Shown here piece by piece: positions 47,750 through 58,204 of a stretch of DNA of 64,000 nt. Every line of letters begins with the position of its first letter. The first letter of the stretch is position 1. This DNA is from Candidatus Daviesbacteria bacterium (GTDB lineage: Bacteria; Patescibacteriota; Microgenomatia; Daviesbacterales; UBA10151), in assembly GCA_016184225.1 (NCBI GenBank), contig JACPDA010000004.1, forward strand, positions 409,671 to 473,670, read 5' to 3'. The translations under genes were made by a program, and so were the position numbers. The notes under the pieces were generated by a model, which was not told the DNA's origin, ran no database searches, and was given only the letters and a program-made list of their open reading frames with translations.

Positions 47750-47752
47750 TTT

Positions 47753-49033
47753 TTAGATGCTTGAGTTTTTAACAACTTTAAAATCAGGCAAAGGGATTAC
47801 GAAATCAGATTTAAGTCCCCTGGCTTTAAGTTGCTGCATTATTGGTTTGGCATAATGCCAGGCTAACAGAACTACAAAATTAGGTTGCTCTTTTATTAAC
47901 CGTTTATTGTCTACTACCGGGATATGTTTACCGGGTAAATACATGTTTAATTTTAACGAGGTTGGTTGTTCAGCCAAATAGGGCAACAGCTCTTTATCAA
48001 CACCATAATAGTTTAAAAGTGTGGAGCATCGGCCGGGACAGGAATTTCCCACAATAGATTTACCTTTCTTCTTAAGTTTAATGATAAAATCCATAAATTT
48101 CAGCCGGGCTTTTTGTACCCGCTCTGCGAAGCGCCGGTACGTTTCAATTTTACCCAGACCGAAGTCTTCTTCTGTTTTCAATAACTTTATCACTTGGGGG
48201 CTGACTTTTTTTCCTTTGCCTTTTGCCGCATGTATACGCAGATTGCCTCCATACCTGCTGCCCCTTTCAACATCTATGAGTGTAAAATCATAATAGTTAA
48301 ATAGTTTAACCAGGGATTTTAGTGAATAAGTCCTGAGATGTTCATGGTAGATGGTATCGAACTGGCCTTTGGCAATAACGTCCAGAAGATAATGTGTTTC
48401 TGAAATGAATACGCCATCTTCAGTTAGTAAATTATAAATTCCCATAATGACTTCACCTAAAGTTTGCATATGCGCGAACATATTGGTCGCCGTAATTACG
48501 GAAGCCGGCCCGTATTTTGCCCTGATTTTTTTTGAAAGCTCAATATCAAAAAAAGCCTGGATTGTCCTGATGCCGTTTTTCCGCGCGATTTTGGCAATAT
48601 TGGTGGGTTCTACGCCCAGCACCTTGATCCTGTTTTTTATAAAGCCGCTGAGTAATGTTCCGTCATTGGAGCCAATATCGATTACCAGGTTATTTGGTTT
48701 TATATTATATTTATTGATTAAAGAATGACAGATATTTTCCTGATATTCTGCCAACTCTTTTGTAATACCGCTTCTGTAAGGGTAACCAGGATAGTAAACC
48801 TTGCTGCTGTCCACACAATAATCAATTTGGGCACAAGTGCAAATCTCGCACCACATCATTCGTAAAGGATAAGTTGTCTCGGGATCACTTAGCATCTTAT
48901 CTGTCAGCATGAAAGCACAAAGTGGTTGATGCCCAAGGTCTAGGATTTTATGTAACTTTTTATTGTTACAAATTTGGCAAGCCGAGATGTGTCCTTCTTT
49001 GATATAATGATGTTTTGGGTAATTTGACTGCAT
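47753..49033 (-). CDS. NDP-hexose C-methyltransferase (TylCIII-like), second paralog.
   Basis: CQICNNKK...CEICTC zinc ribbon, LVIDIGSNDGTLL, FDTIYHEHLRTYS. Clearly paralogous to 17027..18274. Confidence 0.65.
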   Translation of the reverse strand: MQSNYPKHHYIKEGHISACQICNNKKLHKILDLGHQPLCAFMLTDKMLSDPETTYPLRMMWCEICTCAQIDYCVDSSKVYYPGYPYRSGITKELAEYQENICHSLINKYNIKPNNLVIDIGSNDGTLLSGFIKNRIKVLGVEPTNIAKIARKNGIRTIQAFFDIELSKKIRAKYGPASVITATNMFAHMQTLGEVIMGIYNLLTEDGVFISETHYLLDVIAKGQFDTIYHEHLRTYSLKSLVKLFNYYDFTLIDVERGSRYGGNLRIHAAKGKGKKVSPQVIKLLKTEEDFGLGKIETYRRFAERVQKARLKFMDFIIKLKKKGKSIVGNSCPGRCSTLLNYYGVDKELLPYLAEQPTSLKLNMYLPGKHIPVVDNKRLIKEQPNFVVLLAWHYAKPIMQQLKARGLKSDFVIPLPDFKVVKNSSI

Positions 49034-49054
49034 GATTTTTGCCAGTATAACATA

Positions 49055-50113
49055 TCAATTTTGCCACTGTAAATTCTTATTAAGCCTTTTTCGGGATATT
49101 AGCGATTGAAGCCTGCTTAAGCGTATAAATTTGCCCTGTTCAAAATCCTTGCTGCTGAACTTATGCTTTTTCAGCATTTTTATAAGATGCAGGACGGATT
49201 TTCTTATTGGCCACTTTGGTGTGGTATCAGCAAATAAATTACTTATTTTACTAAAATCTACTTTATAACTTCTTGTATCTTTCCCGTGTTCTCCTGTAAA
49301 AACAATTTCACATTTTGGCAGAGACTCTTTTATAACACCCAGAATATCTTTTATCTGATAATTACTGTTGTTAAATCCCACATTGTAAATCTCTCCATTT
49401 ATCTTTTTTGCATCAACTTCAATAAATTTGCATATGATATTGCATAAATCTCTTACGTCAATAAGCGGTCTCCATGGTGTCCCGTCGCTCAATACTTTTA
49501 TCTGACCGAGCGCCAGGCCGCAAGTTACCAAATTATTAACAACCAAATCATTTCTAAATCTGGGAGAAAAACCATATACAGTAGCATTTCTCAGCAGACA
49601 AACGCAAAAGCTGTCGTTTTTTAATTTATATAACTCTTTTTCTGCTAAAGCTTTGGATTTGGCATAAGCAGTCAAGGGGTTAATAATCGATTCTTCGTTT
49701 ACAATACCTTTTTTGGCAATTCCATATATGGAACAAGAAGAGAAGAAGATGAATCTTTTTACACCCCTCTCCCTGGCAATTCTTGCCAATCTGATTGTAG
49801 CTTTATAGTTTATATCAAAGGTGAGTTTTTCATCCAAAGCCCCCATCGGATCATTCGATAGGGCAGCCAAGTGAACTATACAATCAATTTGATTAAGATC
49901 AAGTTTGTTTTGACGCACGTCATTTTTTTTTGAATGGTAGGAATTTTTGTAAGTACCCAAAGTGATGTTTTTAAAATAATTTAAATCCCATCCCATTACC
50001 TGATAGCCCTTTTTTTGTAATTTTTCCGCTAAAACAGTTCCGATATAACCATTTACACCGGTAATTAAAATTCTTTTTACCATATTTTCCAAGGGATTTT
50101 CCCAGAATTCCAA
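49055..50113 (-). CDS. NAD-dependent sugar epimerase/dehydratase (extended SDR), probably acting on a CDP-hexose.
   Basis: RILITGVNGYIGTVL glycine motif and YAKSK (YxxxK). Sits between the rfbF-like gene and the C-methyltransferase on the same strand. Confidence 0.65.
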   Translation of the reverse strand: MEFWENPLENMVKRILITGVNGYIGTVLAEKLQKKGYQVMGWDLNYFKNITLGTYKNSYHSKKNDVRQNKLDLNQIDCIVHLAALSNDPMGALDEKLTFDINYKATIRLARIARERGVKRFIFFSSCSIYGIAKKGIVNEESIINPLTAYAKSKALAEKELYKLKNDSFCVCLLRNATVYGFSPRFRNDLVVNNLVTCGLALGQIKVLSDGTPWRPLIDVRDLCNIICKFIEVDAKKINGEIYNVGFNNSNYQIKDILGVIKESLPKCEIVFTGEHGKDTRSYKVDFSKISNLFADTTPKWPIRKSVLHLIKMLKKHKFSSKDFEQGKFIRLSRLQSLISRKRLNKNLQWQN

Positions 50114-50853
50114 ATCTTGTTAAGATCGTCAAGTTCTTTATAAGTATCTATGGCAAACCAAAACCCTTCATGTTTATATACGGAAAGCTGTCTTTCTTTG
50201 ACAAGCCGTTTCATCCCGTCGTGTTCATATTCTCCCGGCCGCAGGTATTTAAAAAAAATTCTGTCAAAAACCATATACCCGCCATTAACCCAGTCTGATA
50301 AAACCGGTTTTTCCGTAAAACCTTTGACAAAAGTTCCATTGGTAATCTTTACTAAACCGTATTTAGACCTGGGATGAACTGCGCTGATGGTCCCGATTGT
50401 TTGTTGTTTTTTATGAAACTTAATCAGCTTCCTGATATTAATATTCGATACTCCGTCTCCGTACGTTACCATAAAATATTGGTCTGTTTGGGGAATATAT
50501 TTCCTGCATAAAAGAATCCTCTCGCCGGGCAAGGTTTCCAAACCGGTATCGACAAAAGTGATTTTAAATTGATCGACTTCTGCTGTGTCTTTCAAGTAAA
50601 ATTTAGTGTTATCGCTTCCAGTATCTAAAGTAAAATCAGTAGTAAAAGCCTTCTGGTTTAGGAAGTAGTCTTTAATATAATCAGCTTTGTATCCAAGTGC
50701 TAATATAAATTCATTGAAACCATAATGGGCGTAGATTTTCATTATGTGCCAAAGAAGCGGTTTGTTGCCTACTAAAACCATCGGTTTTGGCTTAAATTCT
50801 GTCTCTTCTTTTAATCTGGTTCCTATCCCGCCGCAGAGAATAATAACTTTCAT
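50077..50853 (-). CDS. rfbF: Glucose-1-phosphate cytidylyltransferase (CDP-glucose pyrophosphorylase, RfbF/DdhA-like).
   Basis: MKVIILCGGIGTRLKEETEFKPKPMVLVGNKPLLWHIMKIYAHYGFNEFILALGYK is the canonical RfbF N-terminus. The start is taken at the internal ATG at 50853, although the ORF extends to 50880. Confidence 0.75.
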   Translation of the reverse strand: MKVIILCGGIGTRLKEETEFKPKPMVLVGNKPLLWHIMKIYAHYGFNEFILALGYKADYIKDYFLNQKAFTTDFTLDTGSDNTKFYLKDTAEVDQFKITFVDTGLETLPGERILLCRKYIPQTDQYFMVTYGDGVSNINIRKLIKFHKKQQTIGTISAVHPRSKYGLVKITNGTFVKGFTEKPVLSDWVNGGYMVFDRIFFKYLRPGEYEHDGMKRLVKERQLSVYKHEGFWFAIDTYKELDDLNKIWNSGKIPWKIW

Positions 50854-50931
50854 ATTTAAACACTTCAATTCTAGTTGCAATCCTTAGTAGAAGTCAATGT
50901 CTGTGAAGTGATACAATTTGTTAACGAATTG

Positions 50932-53631
50932 ATGAAATTTATTTTTTCCTTATTTGCTTTATGCTTAATAATAGTTTCCGTATGGTTTTACCGCGGTAAT
51001 ATTTTAGGCGGTGGCGATGAAGGCTTACAGTTTTATAAACCAAGCATCAGTTTTAACAATTCCAAAACTGCCTGGGTTGAATATGGTACAGGAATGGGAA
51101 CAATAACCTGGTTGCCCAGAGCAAACTTACTCTATTTTTATTCTATTCCGGAAAAATTAGGCATAGCAACTTTTATGCTGCAAGCAAGCTTGATCTTTAT
51201 TATTATGTTTGTCGCGGCAATCTCAATTTACAAATTATGCCTAATCGTTTTAGGTGATATTAAAGAAAGCAAGTTGATATCAGCCGTAACAGCCGTTTTT
51301 TACTTACTCAATCCCTATGCCGTAAGTCAAGTATGGGCAAGGGGGCAATCGGCCCAATACCTTGCTTTCGGCCTGCTTCCTCTATCTGTTTTATTATTCT
51401 TATTGGGTGTCAAAAAGAAAAACTTCCTTTATGCTATTTTAACTGTTTTCGTGTCATTTATATTTGCAGCAGCATATAGTTTTTTTTCTTTTATAATAGT
51501 TTACTGGTTAATTTTAGGATTCGTTCTTTTATTTAATTTTTTAACTACAGGCAGCAAGTTAAAAGAAGCCCTGTTTAGTATCTTCTTTTTTCTAATAGCA
51601 TTTTTGCTATGGATTTTTATCCATTCCTGGTGGCTAGTGCCGCTGCTTTTGTCTTCCGGCAGTATATACTCAGCAGGCATTTCCGGGGCAAATGAAAATC
51701 TGGGGACGCTGATGGGGGTCAGCAAAAATTTCCCTCCTGATATCCTGATCCGTCTTTTACAGCGGACCTACTTTTTTGACCCGTCAGCCTTCAGCCCGGT
51801 CTATTCCTTATTTATATTCCAGTTAATCAGTTGGATACCGGTATTGTTTCTATTAATCGGTTTATATAAGACTATTAAAAATAAATTACCAGGTTTTAAA
51901 TTTTTTATAATAGTTTTTACCCTGGGATTAATTGTATCTTTAGGCGCGAACCCTCCGTTTGGCTGGCTTTTTGTAGAAGTTTTTAGACGGGTAACAATAT
52001 TGCAGGCTTTTAGAAATCCTTTTGAGAAATTTGGTTTAGTTTTTATATTAGGCTATTCCCCGCTTTTTGCTTATGGCCTGGTTTCATTGTTTAATAATAT
52101 TAAATACAGGAGTTTCACAATCTTTCTGATTCTTATTTTAACCTGCGGAGTGTTTGCCTGGCCGATATGGACCGGCAGAGCGGTAGCTGGTCCGGATAAA
52201 AAAGTTGGTTTATCTGTGCCGCCTTATTACAAAGATTTGCAGACGTGGGCAGGAGAAAACAATGAAGATTATAGATTATTTATGACCCCAATTTGGAAAG
52301 GGGATGGCGCATCTTACTTGTGGGGTGATGCCGGTAGGTTTCAGGGTACAGATCCGATGATTTATTTATTGGATCAGCCGACTATTTCCAACAGTTTCTA
52401 CGCCCCGATTTCTTACGAGTTTATCCCCAATATTAGAAAGTACATAGGCAGAGTAAACATTGCTCCCGCTTTGACTTTATTGAGAGCAAAATATTTGGTT
52501 GACCGGCAAGATGCAATATTTACCACTAAGTTAGAGAAGGACCATAAAAGATATTTGACAGAAGCGGTATACATCCCCCAAAAGGAGGCAGTAAATATAA
52601 CCAAGTTATGTAAAAACCTAAGCTCGGTTGCGAATGAGATAAACCCGGCCTGGATAGCCTGCCCGGTAGCGGATACAGAAAGTAATTGGGATAAAATAAG
52701 GTATTTGCATGTTAAGATCAGAACCGATGTCGCTTCCCTTCTAGATATCACTATAATGGATAAGAATGGGATTAGGGTAAGATGGGACGGCAGGTTTGAC
52801 AGCGAGTATTCAACAGAAGGGAGTTTTACTACAGTTACAATTCCTCTTGGTAATCCGACCGAATATAACGCCGCGATAGATTATTCTAAAGTTATGATGC
52901 TGGAAATACAGGCTCGCCCTAAAGACAGACCCGAATTTAGCGTTAATGAAATAAATTTAGAAGAGATAAGTTTAGATCCGGGTAAGGAAGAAAAGGTTGA
53001 TAATTTCCGCTTAATAAAGACATTCGGTAATTTAGAAGTATATGAGCCAATTTCTTTTAAATCGCCTCCGCAATTTGGAAGTTTAGCAAAAATTTCTTTT
53101 GTGCCAAATTTTATAGAGTTGTTTGAGCAAGTTAACAGACAAAAGGATTTAGTGAAGGATTTAGGCTTTTTAGTAACTGCGCAGAATCAGGGTAAAGATT
53201 TGCGGCAGTTGGAGACAGATGGGATGTTGCAAGTAGTAGATAAAGAAGAGATTTCCGGTACACGGTTTTGGCTGATGACTAACGGAAGTCAGGGATTCAT
53301 CTTACTTAGTAAAACCTTTGATCCGCAGTGGATACTGATACCCCGTATCAGCCGTGACAAACTTTCAGGTAACTTATTTGAAGATTTAGACCTTTTGAGC
53401 CAGGCAACTGTCGGGGAAGAAAATCATTTTGCTATTAATGGATACGCAAATTTATGGAAGGTTGATGGACAAGACCAGGAATATGTAATAATCTATAAGC
53501 CGCAAATAATAGCTGATATAGGAGCTGAGATTTCAAGATATTCCTTATTTGTTTTGTCAGCGATAATGATTTTTTGGTGGTTGAAGAAAAGATATGTAGG
53601 GAGCATTAAAAATGCAAAAAAAGACAATTAA
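50932..53631 (+). CDS. Very large polytopic membrane protein (about 900 aa) with an extracytoplasmic C-terminal domain. Possible GT-C-like or YfhO/AftD-like glycan-processing enzyme.
   Basis: TM1 then GGGDEGLQFYKPS acidic loop motif, more than 12 TM helices in the first 430 aa, then about 470 aa of hydrophilic domain and a final C-terminal TM helix. The listed ORF begins at a TTG at 50875. The first ATG, MKFIFSLF at 50932, starts TM1. Confidence 0.45.
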   Translation: MKFIFSLFALCLIIVSVWFYRGNILGGGDEGLQFYKPSISFNNSKTAWVEYGTGMGTITWLPRANLLYFYSIPEKLGIATFMLQASLIFIIMFVAAISIYKLCLIVLGDIKESKLISAVTAVFYLLNPYAVSQVWARGQSAQYLAFGLLPLSVLLFLLGVKKKNFLYAILTVFVSFIFAAAYSFFSFIIVYWLILGFVLLFNFLTTGSKLKEALFSIFFFLIAFLLWIFIHSWWLVPLLLSSGSIYSAGISGANENLGTLMGVSKNFPPDILIRLLQRTYFFDPSAFSPVYSLFIFQLISWIPVLFLLIGLYKTIKNKLPGFKFFIIVFTLGLIVSLGANPPFGWLFVEVFRRVTILQAFRNPFEKFGLVFILGYSPLFAYGLVSLFNNIKYRSFTIFLILILTCGVFAWPIWTGRAVAGPDKKVGLSVPPYYKDLQTWAGENNEDYRLFMTPIWKGDGASYLWGDAGRFQGTDPMIYLLDQPTISNSFYAPISYEFIPNIRKYIGRVNIAPALTLLRAKYLVDRQDAIFTTKLEKDHKRYLTEAVYIPQKEAVNITKLCKNLSSVANEINPAWIACPVADTESNWDKIRYLHVKIRTDVASLLDITIMDKNGIRVRWDGRFDSEYSTEGSFTTVTIPLGNPTEYNAAIDYSKVMMLEIQARPKDRPEFSVNEINLEEISLDPGKEEKVDNFRLIKTFGNLEVYEPISFKSPPQFGSLAKISFVPNFIELFEQVNRQKDLVKDLGFLVTAQNQGKDLRQLETDGMLQVVDKEEISGTRFWLMTNGSQGFILLSKTFDPQWILIPRISRDKLSGNLFEDLDLLSQATVGEENHFAINGYANLWKVDGQDQEYVIIYKPQIIADIGAEISRYSLFVLSAIMIFWWLKKRYVGSIKNAKKDN

Positions 53632-53740
53632 ATTGACTATAGCCCAAATATCAACTGATCCGGGGCAAATAGCAGCTAATACAGATCCAGGTTGGATGTT
53701 TTAAATTAAAGAATAGATTATGAAAGGAGGTGTTAGAAAT

Positions 53741-54496
53741 ATGATTAAACAAAATAAACAAAAAGAAATAGTTAAATTTTTAGGAGAAACTTTTGATAAA
53801 ACAGGGAAAACAAGGGCAGTGATTGGTTTATCAGGCGGAATTGATTCTGCAACTTCATTTTTTCTGCTTAGAAAAGTATTACCAATTGAGAATATTATTA
53901 CAGTATATATGCCCTACTCAGATGGGGAGCCTACTGAAGTGGAACAAAGAGTCTCCAGAATGTGCCGTAAATCAGGCCTTCCAGCTCAGAATTTCTTGTC
54001 CATTCCTATAAAAGGGATGGTAGATCAGTTGGCAAGGGGACTGAAGGCAGATGATAAAGCTAGAAAAGGAAATATTATGGCCAGAATCAGAATGATAATC
54101 CTGTTTGATCTAGCTAAAAAGTTTGATGCTCTGGTTTGTGGTACGGAAAATAAATCTGAGCATCACTTAGGGTACTTTACCAGGTTTGGAGACGAGGCTT
54201 CTGATATTGAACCTGTTAGGCATCTCTATAAATCTCAGGTTAGAGAGCTGGCAAAGGAATTAGGAGTGCCTCAAGAAGTGTTAGATGCTGTTCCAACTGC
54301 TGGTTTGTGGGATGGACAAACCGATGAAGGTCAATTTGGCTTTACATATAAAGAGGCAGATCAGATTCTGAAGGCATTTTTTGATGGAGAGACTCTGGAA
54401 AGCTTGCAAGCTAGATTTCCTAATGCTGAAAAGGTATTGGATTTAATGAAAGCTAATGAATTCAAACATTTAGTGCCTTATGCACTGGAAGGATAA
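53741..54496 (+). CDS. nadE: NH3-dependent NAD+ synthetase.
   Basis: AVIGLSGGIDSATS (PP-loop SGGxDS), GTENKSEHHLGYFTRFGDEASD, and a strong AGGAGG RBS 9 nt upstream of the ATG at 53741. Confidence 0.8.
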   Translation: MIKQNKQKEIVKFLGETFDKTGKTRAVIGLSGGIDSATSFFLLRKVLPIENIITVYMPYSDGEPTEVEQRVSRMCRKSGLPAQNFLSIPIKGMVDQLARGLKADDKARKGNIMARIRMIILFDLAKKFDALVCGTENKSEHHLGYFTRFGDEASDIEPVRHLYKSQVRELAKELGVPQEVLDAVPTAGLWDGQTDEGQFGFTYKEADQILKAFFDGETLESLQARFPNAEKVLDLMKANEFKHLVPYALEG

Positions 54497-54632
54497 AAGA
54501 AGACAAGCAGCACCTGAAATTAAGGTGACAAAAAAAGCCTTTGGTTTGGGCAGGAGAATCCCGATTGCCCACCAATTTAAAACTGACACTATTGAATTTG
54601 GATAAATAACAGATTAAACTTAAAAAAATCTT

Positions 54633-55943
54633 ATGAAAATTTCAGTCATCGGGTTAGGCAAATTAGGATTACCGTTGGCTGCCACGATTGCCTCAAGAAA
54701 CTTTTTGGTTTACGGGGTAGATATAAATAAGGAAGTTGTTAATAATTTAAAAAAAGGTAAAACTTTTTTAAACGAACCGGGACTTAAAAATTTAATAAAA
54801 AAATTCAAAAATAATTTAGCGCCTACTGATAAAACAGAAGAAGCAGTGATTAATTCGGAGATGACTTTTGTGATTACCCCCACCCCTTCAAAGAAAAACG
54901 GTTATTTTTCAACGCAATATGTGCAAGCAGCGGTAAGGGATATTGCGAAAGCTTTGAAAAGTAAGAAAAACTATCATTTGGTGGTGATAGTCAGCACTGT
55001 AATGCCCGGTTCAACAGATAAAATAAAAAAACTTCTGGAGAAAGAAAGCGGCAAAGTTTGCGGTCGGGATTTTGGTTTATGTTACAACCCGGAATTTATT
55101 GCCTTGGGCAGCGTAATTTATAACTTATTAAACCCCGACTTTATTTTAATCGGCGAGTCTGACCAAACAGCCGGAGATATGTTGCAAAAGTTTTACCAAA
55201 AATATTGCGATAATAAACCCAAATTTGCCAGGATGAATTTTGTGAACGCGGAACTGACAAAAATTTCCGTTAATACCTATATTACTACCAAAATTTCTTA
55301 TGCAAACATGCTTTGTGAAATATGTGAGCAACTGCCAGGGGGAGACGTGGATGCGGTGACTGCTGCCTTAGGTTTGGATTCAAGAATAGGACAAAAATAT
55401 TTAAAAGGCGGGCCGGCATTCGGAGGTCCCTGTTTCCCCCGTGATAATATAGCCTTTATTTCCTTGGCGAAAAAAACAAAAACCAATTTTCATATCCCTT
55501 TGGCAACACATAAGACAAATGTCAGGCAGACAGAGCGTTTAGTCAAGAAAGTATTGGAATTTACTAAAAATGGCTTATCAGTTGGCATATTGGGATTGTC
55601 GTACAAGCCTTTTACTGATGTGGTTGAGGAATCTTTTGGCATGGTTTTGGCAAAGGAATTAATAAGCAAAAAAGTGAACATATATTTGCATGACCCGCTT
55701 GCTCTGGAGAACGTTAAGAAAGTTTTCAATAACAGTATGAATTACGAGAGTAATATTAAGTCTTGTATAAAAAAATCACAGATTTTGGTTATTGCCACAG
55801 ACTGGCCGGAGTATAAGGGTATCAAGAAAGGTTGGTTTGGAGTTGAACCTAAGATATTGATTGATCCCTGGAGAATAATAGACGTCAGGCTACTCCCTAA
55901 GAATGTTTCTTATCAGCCTTTCGGGATAAGTGTTTTGGAGTGA
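54633..55943 (+). CDS. Nucleotide-sugar dehydrogenase (UDP-glucose/UDP-ManNAc/GDP-mannose dehydrogenase family).
   Basis: MKISVIGLGKLGLPLAATIA Rossmann N-terminus, FGGPCFPRD catalytic Cys region, C-terminal domain. Confidence 0.75.
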   Translation: MKISVIGLGKLGLPLAATIASRNFLVYGVDINKEVVNNLKKGKTFLNEPGLKNLIKKFKNNLAPTDKTEEAVINSEMTFVITPTPSKKNGYFSTQYVQAAVRDIAKALKSKKNYHLVVIVSTVMPGSTDKIKKLLEKESGKVCGRDFGLCYNPEFIALGSVIYNLLNPDFILIGESDQTAGDMLQKFYQKYCDNKPKFARMNFVNAELTKISVNTYITTKISYANMLCEICEQLPGGDVDAVTAALGLDSRIGQKYLKGGPAFGGPCFPRDNIAFISLAKKTKTNFHIPLATHKTNVRQTERLVKKVLEFTKNGLSVGILGLSYKPFTDVVEESFGMVLAKELISKKVNIYLHDPLALENVKKVFNNSMNYESNIKSCIKKSQILVIATDWPEYKGIKKGWFGVEPKILIDPWRIIDVRLLPKNVSYQPFGISVLE

Positions 55944-56574
55944 TTCTGATAATATTATCCTTTACCTTAAAAAAAAGGTTAGGATAGTTTTTAGATATAA
56001 GGCTTCTTAAAAATTTTAATGGCGGGTAATCGTTTTTTCCATTAAATACATCCGCATCATCGATTAAGATAACATGATTTGTTATTTTGTGGTTAAGGAT
56101 AAAAGTAAGCTCCGCTGCTATCGGAGTATTCTTAGACCCCTTGGCTGTTATCCCTTTTGAATAGTGGGCATCCAGCCAAAACAAAGCAGGTTGGTTAATT
56201 TTTTTTAAAAGCCTGGGCAAAATTTTTGAACTATCCCCATTAATAACTTTAACCTGCTTTAAATGGGCAAATTTTCGCTTGGCGTTTTTAAATAATTTTT
56301 TATCTAATTCGATAGTATAAATTTTTGAAAAATTGTTTTTAACAGCTTTTACCATCATTCCTAAATAGGTGCCGGTTTCTATACAGATGGGCGTTTTGTA
56401 CGTTTTTTGATAACTTTTAATGGTATGTTGTTTAATTAGGTGGGGGGTATTCGGACGTTCCTTCTTTAAATGCCAATCTATTGTCCGGATAATTTGAAAT
56501 ACCGGAAAGGCCAAGTCGTATATAAAAGTAAATTTTAAATATCCGATTATATTACCAGTTGTTATTTGATGCAT
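55897..56574 (-). CDS. Putative SAM-dependent methyltransferase (FkbM/TylF-like).
   Basis: ICIETGTYLGMM...IYTIELD...INGDSS...LFWLDAHYS...ILIDDAD is loosely consistent with a small class I methyltransferase fold. The assignment is weak. Confidence 0.35.
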   Translation of the reverse strand: MHQITTGNIIGYLKFTFIYDLAFPVFQIIRTIDWHLKKERPNTPHLIKQHTIKSYQKTYKTPICIETGTYLGMMVKAVKNNFSKIYTIELDKKLFKNAKRKFAHLKQVKVINGDSSKILPRLLKKINQPALFWLDAHYSKGITAKGSKNTPIAAELTFILNHKITNHVILIDDADVFNGKNDYPPLKFLRSLISKNYPNLFFKVKDNIIRITPKHLSRKADKKHS

Positions 56575-56611
56575 TACAGAAACTATATTATACTGTTATC
56601 TCAAAATAAAT

Positions 56612-58175
56612 ATGGAGAGATTTAAGTATATACCTATTCATCCAATTCTATTTGCCTTTTTTCCCACATTGTTCCTTCTTTCAAAAAATATCGGTGAGAT
56701 AACTCTTAATCAAATTGGACAGCCTCTGATGCTTTCTCTTATATTGACCATTTTGGTTTGGGTTTTGGTTAACTTTATAATTCAAAGTAGGAAAATTTCT
56801 GCCATTAGCACTTCTGTATTAATGTTAATGTTTTTTTCTTATTCTTATGTTGACAGATTCTTTTTCTGGTTCCATTATCCCGTCTCTGTATTATCTTTTA
56901 GTAATGGTGGTTTTAGCTTCTTTCATCACCATAAAGTTTGCAAAAACACAAAGGAAGATTATAAAAGCCACCTTAATTTTAAATATCATATCTTTTGCTA
57001 TATTAATTTATCCTTCAGTCAATATAACTTACCATGAACTGGCAAGAAAAAAAGAAATAAAAAGTTCGGAGTTATCATTTTCACAACCTCTCCAAACCTT
57101 AAATCCTATAAGACCGGATATTTACTACATTGTTCCTGACAGCTATGCCAGTAACAGCACCCTGAAAAATTATTTCGATTTTGATAACTCCGAGTTTACC
57201 GATTATCTGAAAAGCAAAGGATTCTATGTAGCTGAAAATAGCAAGGCCAACTATCCTTTTACAACTCCGTCCCTGACATCATCTTTAAATATGGGTTATT
57301 TGGATGTTGTAGCCGAGCAGATGGGCGTAAATTCACAAGATCAAACTCCTCTATTTAGACTTACAGAAGACAACCAGGTAGTTTTATATCTTAAATCACT
57401 GGGATATAAATATTATCATTTTGGCCCCCGGCAGTTGCCGACCTCATTAAATAAGAATGCCGATTTTAATTATACTTACGCAAATAATCAGCTGGCTTTT
57501 TCCCCTCTGGCCGGATTACTGCTTGAGCAGACATTATTTTCCTATATGGTTTCATCTGTTGACTGTGCATATGTTAATTCTGTTTTATGTATAGGAAGTT
57601 TAAATAACAGAAGGAGTCACTATAATTATATTCTTGACCAAATAGTTAAGGTAGAAGATACAGCCGGGATGGATGGACCAAAGTTTATTTTTTATCATAA
57701 CCTTTTAACCCATGTGCCGTATGTATTTACAGTCAATGGTAAATATGTTTCCAGAGCAGTAGAAGCATCGAGAGATTGGAAGGAAAATTATATCAATCAA
57801 CTGAAGTTTACCAATAAAATACTGAAACAGCTCATTGAAACAATCCTCAGAGATTCAAAAAATCCGCCAATTATTGTCCTGCAATCCGATGAAGGGCCGT
57901 ATCCTGAAAGATTTAGATCCGGGAGGGATAATTTTGAGTGGAAGGAGGCTACAAAAGATGAATTAAAAGAGAAGTTCGGAATATTAAATGCTTATTACCT
58001 GCCGGGAGTTGAAACAAAAGATCTTAATGCCGGAATTTCACCGGTAAACACTTTTAGGATAATTCTCGATAAATACTTTGGGGGGCAATTACCATTGCTT
58101 GAAGATATGAGTTTTGCTCAAACAAGATATGCTAACTCTTATGATATTTTTAATGTGACAAATTCACTAAGGTAA
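56612..58175 (+). CDS. Membrane-anchored alkaline-phosphatase-superfamily protein (LtaS/sulfatase-like) split by an apparent +1/-1 frameshift near 56850-56880.
   Basis: ORF 56612..57037 encodes 3 TM helices and then degenerates. ORF 56847..58175, in another frame, begins with 2 more TM helices followed by IYYIVPDSYASNS...FIFYHNLLTHVPY sulfatase-like motifs. Joined, they give the 5-TM plus extracellular sulfatase domain architecture of the LtaS/EptA class. Confidence 0.45.
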
Positions 58176-58204
58176 TTGATCTGCAGTTTTATTATAATAT
58201 TTAG

